Part shown: positions 37,890-50,845 of the stretch, piece after piece
Numbering within the stretch: position 1 is the stretch's first letter
Layout of the letters: each line of letters starts with the position of its first letter
Assembly (NCBI RefSeq): GCF_964355755.1
Contig: NC_092672.1
Location: 31,068,437 to 31,132,436 of the forward strand
DNA length: 64,000 nucleotides
Origin: Antedon mediterranea
Taxonomy: Eukaryota; Animalia; Echinodermata
Direction: 5' to 3'
Notes under the pieces: model-generated
What the model saw: the letters and a program-made list of their open reading frames with translations, nothing else
What the model was told of the DNA's origin: nothing
Databases searched by the model: none
Made by a program: the position numbers and the translations under genes

Positions 37890-38743
37890 TAATTAAAATG
37901 ACTGCATTCCGTAGTGCATACATTAAATAGTCTTAAAAAATAGGGTGGGTATTGTTTAAATGTATTTGTTATTTAACATTGGGTACAATACTTGGATAAT
38001 GTTTAGTGGTTAAATGCACATGTAATGATAGGCTATTAGGAAGGGGTGTTGTTAACATTGGAACATCATTGAGATTAAACGTTTTCCGGGAAAAATATGT
38101 ACAGAAGAAAACAGATTATAAGTGATCTTTTAAGATCCATAATAATAATAATAAATGCCATGGAAGTGAGAATAAGCAAAGCCCAAACAGATCTCACTCT
38201 ATATTACAGTAAACAATTTATCAGTTTAAATGAATAATTATACATATCAAACTAAAATAATAATGGCTTTAATAGAATTATTTTATATCGTCAAATACAG
38301 TGTTTGGTCAAAGAAGCTGTAATATTGAAATTGTTGGTGTTGTCATTAATTGTAATCATTCTACTTCAACTATACTATACTTGATGTGCAATACATAATA
38401 ATGTTCTGCGGGTACTTCACGCACCACCACTGTGTGTTCAACCGCAAAACTCTCATAAAACTGTCAATCTCGTGAATTTGCATTTGAAGTAGTTATGTAG
38501 GATCGGAATGTGACCCAAATTACAAATCCCGTTTGAAATCTGTACAATTTATACTCAACTGAAAATGTGTCAATAACTTTTACAGTATAATAAAATCTCA
38601 GAGTACATTAATTTGAATGAGTACCATACAATAAAATAATTACTATTTACATGATCATCAGTAATTAATCTTCATGAAAAGCATGGTCTACTGGTATAGC
38701 ACTTGTGTCCAAAACAGAAGAGGATTCTGGTTCGAATCACGCA
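37890..38743 (-). pseudogene. Relic 3' flank of a third type B copy; coding exon not present
   Basis: Colinear with 24063-25186 and 48960-50106; homology stops at GGTTCGAATCACGCA where a repeat begins. Confidence 0.6.
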
Positions 38744-39471
38744 AACTGTAAATTAAATTAAATTATGTTTAAATTACAAATCACAACTCTAGCCTCTAGT
38801 ACAAAATTAAAGTTTTTTGGACAAGTAGTTCTCGAGAAAATGAAATTTCAGTTTACAATTTGTCAAATCATATCAAAATCTTTATTCGTCAAATCAAATC
38901 TTTATTCGTTCCATATATAAACAAGGCCAACAGCCATTAAGTCGCGTGCTACAATGCATAGTGATACCGGACCGACAGACAGACCGACAGACCGACAGAC
39001 AGACCGACAGAAAGACCGACAGACAGACAGACCGACCGACCGACATAGTGAACTATACTGACCGAAATTACTGAACATGTTTAAAAATGTTGAAATGTTT
39101 AAAAACATTTATATTTTTTTAATTTACACGTGCGTAGCCTGTCACTTTTGACGTGCTCGTATAACGTAATTTCGAGTTGAAAAGTAAGTCAAGAAAACAG
39201 AAATCGGGCAAAAAGAGTGCGCAACAACATTTAACGCGCAGTGCGCGCGCAAAAATATGCGCACTCATGGCAATTTTGTAAACGCTTAAAATTGCCTGAA
39301 ACGTACTCTTATTTCATTGAAAATAAATTTTGAAAATTTTAAGCGCTTCCTGGCCATAAGGAATATACTGTGAAAAATTGACCTAGCTAGATTAAACTGA
39401 TATCAAGATAAGGTCAGAAAGCGATAAAACGCATAGTGATACCGGACCGACAGACCGATAGACAGACAGTC

Positions 39472-39507
<36 letters not shown>

Positions 39508-39560
39508 CGACCAACCAACCGACATAGTGAACTATAGAGTCGCTTCCACGCGACTAAAAA
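38744..39560. mobile_element. Microsatellite-bearing element, Helentron/HINE-like, partly duplicated; related inverted fragment near 57225-57325
   Basis: Two CATAGTGATACCGGACC(GACA/GACC)n-CATAGTGAACTATA blocks and a terminal hairpin AGTCGCTTCCACGCGACT followed by an A run. Confidence 0.6.
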
Positions 39561-40828
39561 TGTACATGGAAAATTGCTTTCCTCGACATTAAAACCATTC
39601 ACAATTACATTATACATAGAACAAAATTACAATTTAAAAACATTTTTTTTTTTAAATGAAAAAAAAAACGACTAAAATTCTGATAACATTCGATTATCGC
39701 GAGCATACGAGAACTAAAGGGTTTTCTTCTTCATATTTCAAAAAGTTGGTGTTTAATTTGAAAGCATAAATCAATGTCGTTGCCATTGAAAATAGATTTT
39801 TAAAAGGCTCCTACTCTGAATATTTACTCATGGGTAGGTCTACTGTATTTATATTTTGGCCAAATTGACGGAAAAGCTGTTTTGTTGTTGAATATGCCAT
39901 TTTAATGTCAGATATTTTATAAAACAATAAATAATATATACCGTCATGTGAATAAAACAATATTCTTGATTTAATTACAAATAACCAAATAAAAACAATT
40001 TCCGGAAGAATGTCTATCTATATCTATCATCTATTTCATTTCATTTATTTATTTATTTGACACAATCGGTCAAGGGGTTGCGAAAACCCCTACAAAATAA
40101 ATTATAACAATACTTAAAACTGCATTTAAAACAAGATGAAATACATGACATGAAGAGAATATTAATATTTATACAAAAATGAATTGAAATAAAATAGTGT
40201 ACTCATCTGATCAGTCTAGTCTTATTTATCTTTTATCGAGTAATCATTTATACAATATATCTATAAACTTATATCTATAAACAAGAAGATAACATTATTA
40301 TATCCTAATTTCAAAATAGTTACAAAAGTAGAAAAGCTTTAAAGGGACACGTTTTATTGTGTTCTTTTACAAATGCACAACTCATTATATTTATAAATTT
40401 AGTATTTCTTTCGCCTCATGTAAAGTATACAAAACCCCAATAATAATATCTGTAAACAGGAAGAACATTATATTATACAACAATGAATTAAAATAAAATA
40501 ATGTAGGCCTACTGATCAGTCTAGTCTTATTTATCACAATGATTTATTTATTAATTATTATTATTATTAATTGATTAAAAAATATATAATATTCTAGCAC
40601 AAAAACTATCTATATTGTTGAAGACACCAGATAGCCTATCTTTATCGAGTAAATATCTATACAATATATCTATAAACTTATATCTATAAATAAACAAGAA
40701 GATAACATTATTATATCTTAATCTCAAAATATTTACAAAAGAAGAAAAGCTTTAGGACACGATTTTTGTGTTCTTTTAAAAATGACCAACTCATTATATT
40801 GATACATTTCGTATTTCTTTCACGTCGT

Positions 40829-41694
40829 GAGGTGGTTTCCCGATTAATCGTACGATGAAAACGGTACTGGGTATGATCAACTAGCGTTCGTGTTCCCACC
40901 TAATCATCCATTCATAGAAGTACTGATGAAGATATCAATCTGTGGCGACAATAGAATGGACCCGAGACCTGGCTATCTTCAACTTTTAAATAATAGAAAG
41001 TTTTAAAATGTTTTTGTTAGGAATGAAATGTACGCTGTATGTATATAGAAAAATGGTTGTAGTTTTCAAAATTACGTTGTACAAGTTGCAATGAGAAAAA
41101 CTGTTATTTGATCGTTGACGCGTACTTATTCGTTAGTAAAACTTTTAATAAGAGTAAACATATAAGGAAGAAAAGCAAAGATATCATGGAGCGGCTGTAC
41201 CAGAAAATACAACACTAAGTATTGTAAAGTTAAAAACTAAAAAAAATTAGGCGATCTTGTCAAAGGTCAAGCGCCTTCAGCCTGCCACGTTTCGATATTC
41301 AATATTGAACTTGACCTGACGTGGTTCCACAATATCTTTATATGTAAAATTGTAGAGTGGATAGAAAACTATAATAAATGGTTAGGCCTATTGTTAAACT
41401 GTTTTTAATATACGTTGTTCGTTTTAATGTTAAACGTGGCAGGCTGAAGGCGCTTGACCTTTGACAAGATCGCCTAAATTTTTTTTTTTAATTTTACTAA
41501 CGAAATTTATTATATTTATATTTCTTTTGCTTTTTGTAGGCTACACGTCAACCATGGAGATAACAGTTTTTCTCATCGCAACTTGTACAACGTAATTTTG
41601 AAAACTACAACCATTTTTCAATATACATACAACGTACATTTCTAGCCTAACAAAAATTGTTGATCGTACGTTTAATCGGGCCGGAAACCACCTC
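40829..41694. mobile_element. Foldback element
   Basis: Termini GAGGTGGTTTCC...CGATTAATCGTACGAT and its complement; internal inverted blocks about 41030-41140/41500-41640 and 41245-41295/41435-41490. Confidence 0.75.
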
Positions 41695-42342
41695 AAAAGT
41701 CCTGCACAATTGTTTTTCCTCATGTACATGAATAGGACTATTATCATATAAAGTGATAATAATAATTGCTCTCTCAAATGCATTTGTCAACAAGTTTATG
41801 ATCCGTAACAACGGATTAACAATAAGTTTATAATTCAATAAGAAAGAAAGTATGACTGCGTACGGGTAGTTTTAAATATAATGAACTCCTATTTTGTGCG
41901 TTGTTATTGTGTATTATGAGTGATTACATTTTTAAAGTATTAAGAATCGATATAGGTAGGCCCTATAGGGAATTTAAACAAATCTATTTATCCTATAAAA
42001 TAAAATGTATCAAATCCTCTGCATTAACTTTGGTCATTCACGCATAGGCTTACTACGACATTTTTAAAATTATTATTTACATTATCATGATTAATGTTCA
42101 TAAAGAAAATGGTATTCTGCTGAAGTGCCTGATAACATGCAGAAGATCAATGTTCGATTCGCACGTATCATTTTTGTTACTAGTCCCTTAGATTATACAG
42201 TAGATTTTCATTCCTTTCTCTCCTCTTGCATCATACGAGGGGAGAGCAGAGAGAACAAGTGTTTTTGTATAATCAGTAAAATTATATTATTTAATAATTG
42301 TTCATGCCATAAATTCAATAAACAATTGGTAGTACCAATTGA

Positions 42343-42843
42343 TTATTGTGTATTCGTTTCTTGTATGCCAAATTTAAGAAAATCGGTAAACATGACATGG
42401 CCGTTTTCACCCACCTCCTGAATAGGAGGACAATAATTGAAGCTATTGCTGTCTTCGAAAACCTCTTGTGAAGCAACGCCAATGACTCCACCAGTGCTTC
42501 CTACTTCTCGTGATGCTGCTCCAGCGCCAGCGACTCCAGTGGTTTCCACTCCATGTGATGCAGCTGCGCTAGCAACTCCGGTGCTTTCCGCTTCTTGTGA
42601 TGCTGCAGAAGCGTCAGCGACTTCGGTGTTTTCCACTTCTTGTGATGCTGCAGCGCCAGTGACTTCGGTGTGTGCTGCAGCGTCTTGTCCTGTAGCGCCG
42701 CCGGGGACATCTTCAGCTTCTTGTTGTAAAACAGCATCGGCGGTATCGTTGTTTGTAACTATGATGGAAACACCACCGCTTCCATTAAGCCGGATCTCAA
42801 TTCTAATATGTATGTGTTCTTCTTCTCTTCTTCTTCTTTCCAT
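42343..42843 (-). CDS. Type A family copy A5 (diverged), main exon
   Basis: Intact ORF with only in-frame indels relative to A1-A4; NYCPPIQEVGE and LKFGIQETNTQ-stop; frame open upstream to ATG 42906. Confidence 0.75.
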   Translation of the reverse strand: MERRRREEEHIHIRIEIRLNGSGGVSIIVTNNDTADAVLQQEAEDVPGGATGQDAAAHTEVTGAAASQEVENTEVADASAASQEAESTGVASAAASHGVETTGVAGAGAASREVGSTGGVIGVASQEVFEDSNSFNYCPPIQEVGENGHVMFTDFLKFGIQETNTQ

Positions 42844-45469
42844 CTGTAAAGTAATATAGAATATCAAGTACAGTATAATAATAAAGAAATTCATGATATG
42901 AGTCATGGGTATACACTATGTACACTGTAAATTAGTGTAGAAGTAGTAATAATATTAGATCTTACACATATATTGTATCCATTTTTCCAAATAAATTTGG
43001 TACGCCATGTACGCTATGTGACCATGTCGTCTGAGTATACACTACTTTCTTCTGGAGAAGAGGCTATTTTTATTAAGTAAGCCTTACATTCTTCATATGC
43101 AGAAATTACTTTTTATGTAAGAAAACAAGAATATAACAAGAAAAATGTATAATAAATTGTATCCACTACACAGACTGAAAACGTTAAATTAATTTTGCAT
43201 TTTATTTCAACATTCGCTAGAAATGATTTATCATGGATCACTCAATTTAGATGATTATTGGCCTATATCCACTTTTCTGTAGATAATTTCAGGAGTTTTA
43301 CCTGGTAAGATGATACCTGAATTCATCAGGTTGCGAGGAATCCCGATTACATGCTTTTAATACCTTTTGTTGGTGAGCCTTGTTACAAAACATACTGTTC
43401 GATTTCCTCACACTTTGATTATAACAAGTAGTTTTAGTGTCTACCAAATTTATAAATATATATTTTTCTAATTATCGTATTCGATTATGTAAATTCGTAG
43501 TGGGTTTTTTTTCAGAATTAACAAAAATGTATTCATTGATTTTTCAGATATCTGTTCACTACCGATATTTTACCTTTTTTAGTAAGATCATGGATGAATG
43601 AATGAAGTAAGTACTGCTAAAGTTTAGTCGAAAAGAACCGCCGCCGCCTTGCAATTCCTCTTACAATATGGTTTGTGGCATAATATATCCTGGATTTATA
43701 TAGCGCCTAATGTTGTGAAACCTCAACTAAGCGCTGTACATTACCCAGTCATTTTTAACGTATGGTAACATACTCCTATAATCCAGTTAGTAATCATTGG
43801 AAAGTTGTGTCTTGACCTTACTGTGTACCCATCTGTACACCCGGGTCGAGAGAGGCAAACGTTAAGTAAGGATAGTAAAGTAGACCTACTGCTAAAGTTT
43901 AGTCGAAAAGAACCGCCGCCGCCTTGCCATTCCTCTTACAATATGGTTTGTGGCATAATATATCCTGGATTTATATAGCGACTAATGTGGTGAGACATCA
44001 GCTAAGCATTTTTTTGCGTCGTGACGTGTATGGAAACATACTCCCATAATCTAGTGTTAGTAATCAGCGCAAAGTTGTGGCTTGACCTTACTGGGTACCT
44101 ATTTGTACACCCGGGTCGAGAGAGAATAGTGAGTAAGTAAGGATAGTGAAACGCAATGCGACGACCGTTGGATTTGAACCCACGATCTCACGATCATTGT
44201 CCCGAAAGTCCGACTGTGTCATTACATGGAGGCAAGAGTATATAAAATATTTGGTGGCGGATCTCGCAAAACGTATTTCATTTATTTATGACAAAAACAT
44301 AACTTAATATGGTAAAATCTTATTATGTCTATATTAAATAAATAATAACAACTAACTATATATAACGATATATAATATGCATAACTTACTGTTATGAGCA
44401 GCAGGAAAAAAAGAAAAAATGATGGCGATGTCCAAGTGTATGCAGAAGAAAATTCACGAGTGACCAATAAATACAAGTTAAAGTTAAAACATTGATGATG
44501 TCCTGGTACGGACGTATGTTTTAATTTTTATAGGAGGTAAGTCGAGTGACTGGATGTGCGTTACGAAACATTAGAATCTACCAAGTCTCACATAATGTGT
44601 GCTGTATCCTAAGTCACTGTATTGAGTGCCTAAAAATAACTGAAAACCCATAGATATATCCAAGTATTTTAGATCTGCTAAAAACTCAAATAAGCCTATC
44701 TAAGTTTTTAGATCAAAGTGTTGGATTATATTGTATACCTGAAAACTCATGAAAAAGTGGATCATTCCGTCCTAAATTACGTCAGGTAAACATGACATTG
44801 TAGGATGTCAATGTCATTGTATGATGTCAATATGAAAAGATGCTTAGAAATAATACTTGCAAAGAATACAGGAAAGTACAAACCCGCCGCAAACAATGAA
44901 TAGATCGCAGAGAAAACAGTCAATGAACACGACTATTCATATAAAGTGATAATAATAATTCAATAATAATTGCTCTCCTGTCACAAATGCATTTGTCAAC
45001 AAGTTATGATCCGTAACAACGGATTAACAAAAAGTTTATAATTCATTATTATGTTTTTAAATTACAAATTATAATGTTTGCCACTCGAAAATAAAAACAG
45101 ATGGCCTACACTTTTAATAACTTCCTGAAAATAACTATTTTTTCTGTTATATCGCGCCGTTCGGCGTAAATCGCTAGGATTTTTGGGTACACTAAAACAA
45201 ATTGTGTAGATCAATCGAATAAATCGACGGCAATCCTGTCGTGTGTGGATAGTTAGTTAGCGTAATAGATAGTTAGCGTAATAGATAGTTAGCGTAATTA
45301 GGCCTAATGCCTTCTGTTGTGATCTAAGCATGGAGGTATAAATTTATGCCTCCATGATCTGAGGGTGCCCACCGCAGCCTTAATATAATAATGATCATAA
45401 GCTCTCATAAGTAAATCTAAACACTCATTGAATTATTGTTTTAAACATTAACAAGTATTTTTCTTTTAA

Positions 45470-45740
45470 ATTTGAGAAATAATATTTAATAAATTGATTA
45501 CAAATATCTATTTTAGATGTAATGGTATTGTCATTTATTGTAAGTTGTTTGGGATAGTTTCGACTTGACTTAGGGGATAAAACAGAATTAATAATGGACC
45601 AGTTTTTTTTAAGATTGCTTTTGACCATGTCAAATTGTAAAGAAAAATAATTCTTTTTTGCAGTGTGCGGCAAAGCTTATTAAACATATTGTTATATTTT
45701 GTGTATGTTAGTTTGCGATTAGGATCTTGTGATAAAATAA
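45470..45740 (-). mobile_element. LINE ORF2 fragment
   Basis: YTKYNNMFNKLCR and KSNLKKNWSIINSVL resemble the pre-RT linker of L2/CR1 elements; frameshifted. Confidence 0.6.
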
Positions 45741-46706
45741 ATTTTTGGAACAGTGCCCATTGAAATCGTAATCCGCCCACATTTTGAGTAAACTTACAAA
45801 GGTATTCTGGTTTCGGAAGGAACATTATTCTTAAATCTACTAATCAAAGGCGCCATAATAAATAATATCAACAGGTACTAAATAATACTATTTATCGTTC
45901 TTTAAACAAACATTTTATAACAACAATGTCTTCGCATGTTATCTCCCAAAAAAATAGGAAAAAAAATAAAGAAATTGGGGCTAGGGTAATTTTTCGGGTC
46001 CAATGGTTACTTTTACCGACCACTGGCTGCACAGTAGAATTTACCATGGTCTCAGTAAAGCTAACCATGCTGGCTAAAAAGTCCAATCTAAACGTGTCAC
46101 TCAGGTTAACACATGACATTCACTTTGTGTCAATTGTTGTTTTTAACATCACAGTAAATTGTTATAAAACCTGGTAAAACTATAACTGCGTGCAAAATAG
46201 TGCAAACAATGGTTTAATCATGGACCTATAAATTAGTAGATCTCATGGTTAATTTTCCCAAGCATATATCGGTATCTTTATTTCCGCAAAACATAACAAT
46301 AGTAGGCTACAATACAACAAAATAAGTGTCAGGCAACCAATAATTGAGGCGCTCATTCACAGTTAAAATATACAGTATAAATATAAAAAGAGCACATAAA
46401 GAAAATTGCAAAGGAAAACAATTTGCAATTGTGACTCGCTCCGACTGTTCTTGCACTGCTCCATGTGTGGTGGTGGCTCACGCGTTAAAGAAGCACTCAA
46501 GATGGAATGCTGACGTCATCACACGTTAATGAAGCACTCAACATTGAGAATAAACTATCAATCTATGGTGCATTATGGTAGGAACATTGTACTAAAAGTG
46601 TTGTTTTATGTAGGCCTACCCAAAACGGCGTGAAATCAATACAGATAATTATGATGCATAAATCTGGCCCGTCGCCAGGATTGCATATGGAGTAGTTCGA
46701 ATTTGG

Positions 46707-48805
46707 GAAAGCCCATTAATGCCATTTTAAGTGTATGTTTTTCGAGCGTTCTAAAGTAGTAATTCGTTTAAACGGATTAATGACAAAATAATTCGTTTAA
46801 CCAGATTAGTAATCCGTTCAAATGGATTACTAATTTGTTCAAACGGATTAGTAATTTGTTCAAACGAATTAATTATTAATTCGTTCAAACAAATTAGTAA
46901 TCCGTTTAAACGAATTAGTAATTCGTTTGAACAGATTATTAATCCGTTGAAACAAATTAGTAATTCGTTTAAACAGATTATTAATCCGTTCAAACAAATT
47001 AGTAATTCGTTTAACCAGATTAGTAATCCGTTCAAACAAATTAGTAATTCGTTTAACCAGATTAGTAATCCGTTCAAATGAATTAATAATTTGTTTAAAA
47101 GAATTATTAATCAGTTCAAATTTATAATTCGTTTGACCGGATTTGATTTGTTTCAACGGATTACTAATCTGTTTGAACAGATTACTAATTCGTTCAAACG
47201 AATTAGCAATCCGTTTAAACAAATTAATAATTCTTTTAAACGGATTACTAATTTGTTCAAACGAATTAGTAATCTGTTTGAACAAATTAGTAATTCGTTT
47301 GAACGAATTAGTAATCCGTTTAAACAAATTATTAATTTGTTTTAACAAATTAGTAATTTGTTTAAACGGATTACTAATTCGTTCAAACGAATTACTAATT
47401 CGTTCAAACAGATTACTAATTCGTTTGAACGAATTAGTAATTCGTTGAAACAAATTAGTAATTCGTTGAAACAAATTAGTAATCCGTTTAAAAAATTAGT
47501 AATCCGTTTAAACAAATTACTAATCCGTTTGGACGGATTCCTAATTCGTTTGAACAGATTATTAATCTGTTTAAAGAAATTAGTAATTCGTTTGAACGGA
47601 TTAGTAATCTGTTCAAACGAATTAGTAATCCGTTCAAACAAATCAGTAATTCGTTTGAACGGATTAGTAATCCGTTCAAACCAATTGCAACATATACAAC
47701 AAGTGCCATTTAAAGTATATGTTGTAATCCGTTCAAACGAATTACAACATATACTTTAAATGGCACTTGTTGTATACTGTATGTTGCAATTCGTTTGAAC
47801 AGATTATTAATCCGTTCAAACGAATTACTAATTCGTTAGAACGGATTACGTTCGAAAAACATATACTTAAAATGGCATTAATGGGCTTTCGTAATATTAT
47901 AATCATGAATCATTCCTGATTCAAATGCAAAATGTGCAAATAGATCAAAAACTATTTTGTTTTTATTGTTTTGTAGTTACGAATATGACTGGTGATATTC
48001 GTCAACACGAATACGCTTTACGAATATGAAATGGGGATCAGCCCAAAGGTTTCACAAATGTATGACGTATCCGTTTTCGTTATCGTATTCGTAAGGTTGC
48101 GAAACGTCCCTATTAATCCGTTTAAACAAATTAGCAATTCGTTTGAACGGATTACTAATCCGTTCAAATGAATTGCGACATATACTTTAAATGGCACTTG
48201 TTGTATATGTTGCAATTCGTTTGAAAGAATTACTAATTCGTTTGAACAGATTATTAGGGAGTTTTCGCAACCTTACGAAACTTTTGAGCTGATCCCCATT
48301 TCATATTCGTAAAGCGTATTCGTGTTGACGAATATTACCAGTAATATTCGTAACTACAAAACGAGTATAGTTTTTGATCTATTTTGCACATTTTGCATTT
48401 GAATCAGGAATGATTCATGACTATAATATAATTATACCTTTATTGAAAGTAATTTACTAAAGTAATTTACTAAAATGCCAGTTCAATTTTGATAAATAGC
48501 AGTTTTTAAAGTCCTCACTCGCTTTGATGTTACGCTAGGCCTAGGCAGCCAAGCAACACGTACCTGCGCTTCGCTCAAATTTACCGCAGTCATATTTTGG
48601 ACGGCGCCCTTAGTATTTCGTTGCCATGCGAAACAGATTTTTACTGGCTTACGAAAAACGAATACGTGTGCGTGGCGTATCCGTTGTCGTTATCGTATTC
48701 GTAAGGTTGCGAAATCTCCCTATTAATCCGTTCAAACGAATTACAAATTCGTTTAAACGGATTACGTTCGAAAAACATATACTTAAAATGGCATAAATGG
48801 CTTTC
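46707..48805. repeat. Composite foldback element with 21-bp minisatellite (ATTAGTAATTCGTTTAAACAG-like) in mixed orientations, plus a nested MITE (48256-48721) and an inverted fragment of it
   Basis: Terminus GAAAGCCCATTAATGCCATTTTAAGT at 46707 with complements ending at 47890 and 48805; absent from paralogous sites near 23900 and 36480. Confidence 0.85.
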
Positions 48806-50239
48806 GTATCCGATTGTATTAAACAAATCCAAAAAGATTTATCTGAAGATTAACCGAATGTACAAACAATTTATTTAATTCTGAATGTAGTCCACAATGT
48901 CTTGTCTTTGAGATTATCATTGAATTATTGCTTTAAACATTAACAAGTATTTTCCTTTTAAATTAAAATGACTGCATTCCGTAGTGCATACATTAAATTG
49001 TCTTAAAAATAGGGTGGGTATTGTTTAAATGTATTTATTATTTAAAATTGGGTACAATACTTGGATAATGTTTAGCGGTTAATGCACATGCAATGATAGC
49101 CTATTAGGAAGGAGTATTGGTAAAATTTGAGATTAAACGTTTTCAGAGAATCGACAAAATATGTACAGAAGAAAACAGATTATAAGTGATCTTTTAAGAT
49201 CCATAATAATAATAATAAATAAAATAATAAATAAATGCCATCGAAGTGAGAATAAGCAAAGCCCAAACAGATCTCACTCTATATTACAGTAAACAATTTA
49301 TCAGTTTAAATGAATAAATATATATTATATCAAACTAAAAAAATAATGGTTTAATACAATTATTTTATATCGTTAAATACAGTGTTTGGTCAGAGAAGCT
49401 GTAATATTGAAATTGTTGGTGACCATTCACTTGATATTAATTGTTCCCATGGTCATGGAATTATAGAATTAATAATAAAAGTAAAAGCATCTGCCATTAA
49501 TTGTAATCATTAGTACTGTACTTAAACTATATATACAGTACTTGCAATCTATTAGTCTGGGTTCCAGACAGAGTTTTGTCAAAATTTAGTAAAAAGATAA
49601 ATATTTTTGCACATATGGCGTTTCATACGTATACTACTTGGTTTGGATATTTTCAGACAAAAATCGAAATAAAAAGAAATAAAATAAATAAATAGACAAT
49701 GAATACAGACTTGGGGCAAGTTTAGCAATCTATCTGCAATACCTGGATATGTTCTGCGGGTACTCACTGGTGATCAACAATGAGTGTGTTCAACCGCAAA
49801 ATTACTCTCATAAAACTATAGTATCTCTAATAATACAGGAACATATCGTGAATTTGAAGTAGTAGGACTGTGGCCCAAATTAAGTCCCGTTTGAAATCTG
49901 TACAATTTATACTTAAACTGAAAATGTGTCAATAACTTTTATAATAAAATCTCAGAGTACATTGATTCTAATGAGTACCATACGATACAATAATTACTAT
50001 TACATGATCATCAGTAGGCCTAATTATTAATCTTCAGAAAAGCATGGTCTACTGGTCTATGGTCTACTTGTGTCCCAAACAGAAGACCATTCAGGTTCGA
50101 ATCACGCATCATCCTCTCGCAAAGATGCTCGTTGCTCCAAAGTAAAATGTACAAATAAAGTTCTTATACACTCTCTAAATGATAATACGATTGTTCCATT
50201 CCATGAAATACACAATAAACAATTGATAGTATCAATTGT

Positions 50240-50632
50240 TTATTGTGTATTTGTTTCTTGTATACCAAACTTAAGATTGTCTTCGCCAACTTCTTGGATA
50301 GGAGGGCAATAATTGACGGCGGCACCATTGTCTTCAAAAACTCCATTGTTTCCTGCTGAAGCTGCGCCGGCGGCGTTGCCGTTGTCTTCAAACACTCCAT
50401 TGCTTCCTAAAGCTGCGCCGGCGGCGGCACCGTTGTCTTCTAAAACTCCATTGCTTCCTGAAGCTGCGCCGGGTGCATTGTCGTTGTTGTTCTCGTCTTG
50501 TGAACCAACATCGTTGTTTCCAACCTCTTCAATAGAAAAAGCACCGCCTCCAACTCTAAGCCAAAACTTGTCGATGCCGATGTTTATATCTTCGTCTTTA
50601 ATCCCAGTATTGTTTAGTTCGTGATCTCCCAT
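50240..50632 (-). CDS. Type B family copy B2 (130 aa)
   Basis: tactttcacag|ccATGG; same domains as B1 with three copies of the GAASGSNGVFEDNG-like unit instead of one. Confidence 0.78.
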   Translation of the reverse strand: MGDHELNNTGIKDEDINIGIDKFWLRVGGGAFSIEEVGNNDVGSQDENNNDNAPGAASGSNGVLEDNGAAAGAALGSNGVFEDNGNAAGAASAGNNGVFEDNGAAVNYCPPIQEVGEDNLKFGIQETNTQ

Positions 50633-50789
50633 GGCTGTGAAAGTATAATTTTGACATTGATTAATTATTTATTTTATTATGTGAAATGGGCCGGAGGCCA
50701 TTGTTTGTTGAAATAAAAGAAAGAAAGATTCACACATATCATTTATTAATTTACTTATTCACTTACATTTATATCTTATACAAACCGAG

Positions 50790-50845
50790 ATTCGAACCCG
50801 GAACATTCTGTATGTTGCAGACGTCCTAACCATTATAGCTTTCGC
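50790..50845 (-). mobile_element. Degenerate tRNA-like SINE head
   Basis: Minus strand GCTATAATGGTTAGGACG...CCGGGTTCGAATCTC has A/B boxes; no convincing anticodon or acceptor stem. Confidence 0.45.

Noticed and set aside
38681-38743. Functional tRNA gene (also considered at 878, 25121, 50042 and 50790)
   Set aside because: Only A/B-box similarity; I could not fold a complete cloverleaf
38902-39617. SVCLSVCR-type ORFs
   Set aside because: Translations of the GACA microsatellite
46760-47700. CRISPR-like array
   Set aside because: Contiguous degenerate monomers with no unique spacers, no cas genes, and a eukaryotic context
46751-47759. Heptad or LRR-looking ORFs (LLICLNE, RITNLFK repeats)
   Set aside because: Translations of a 21-bp minisatellite that is open in several frames on both strands
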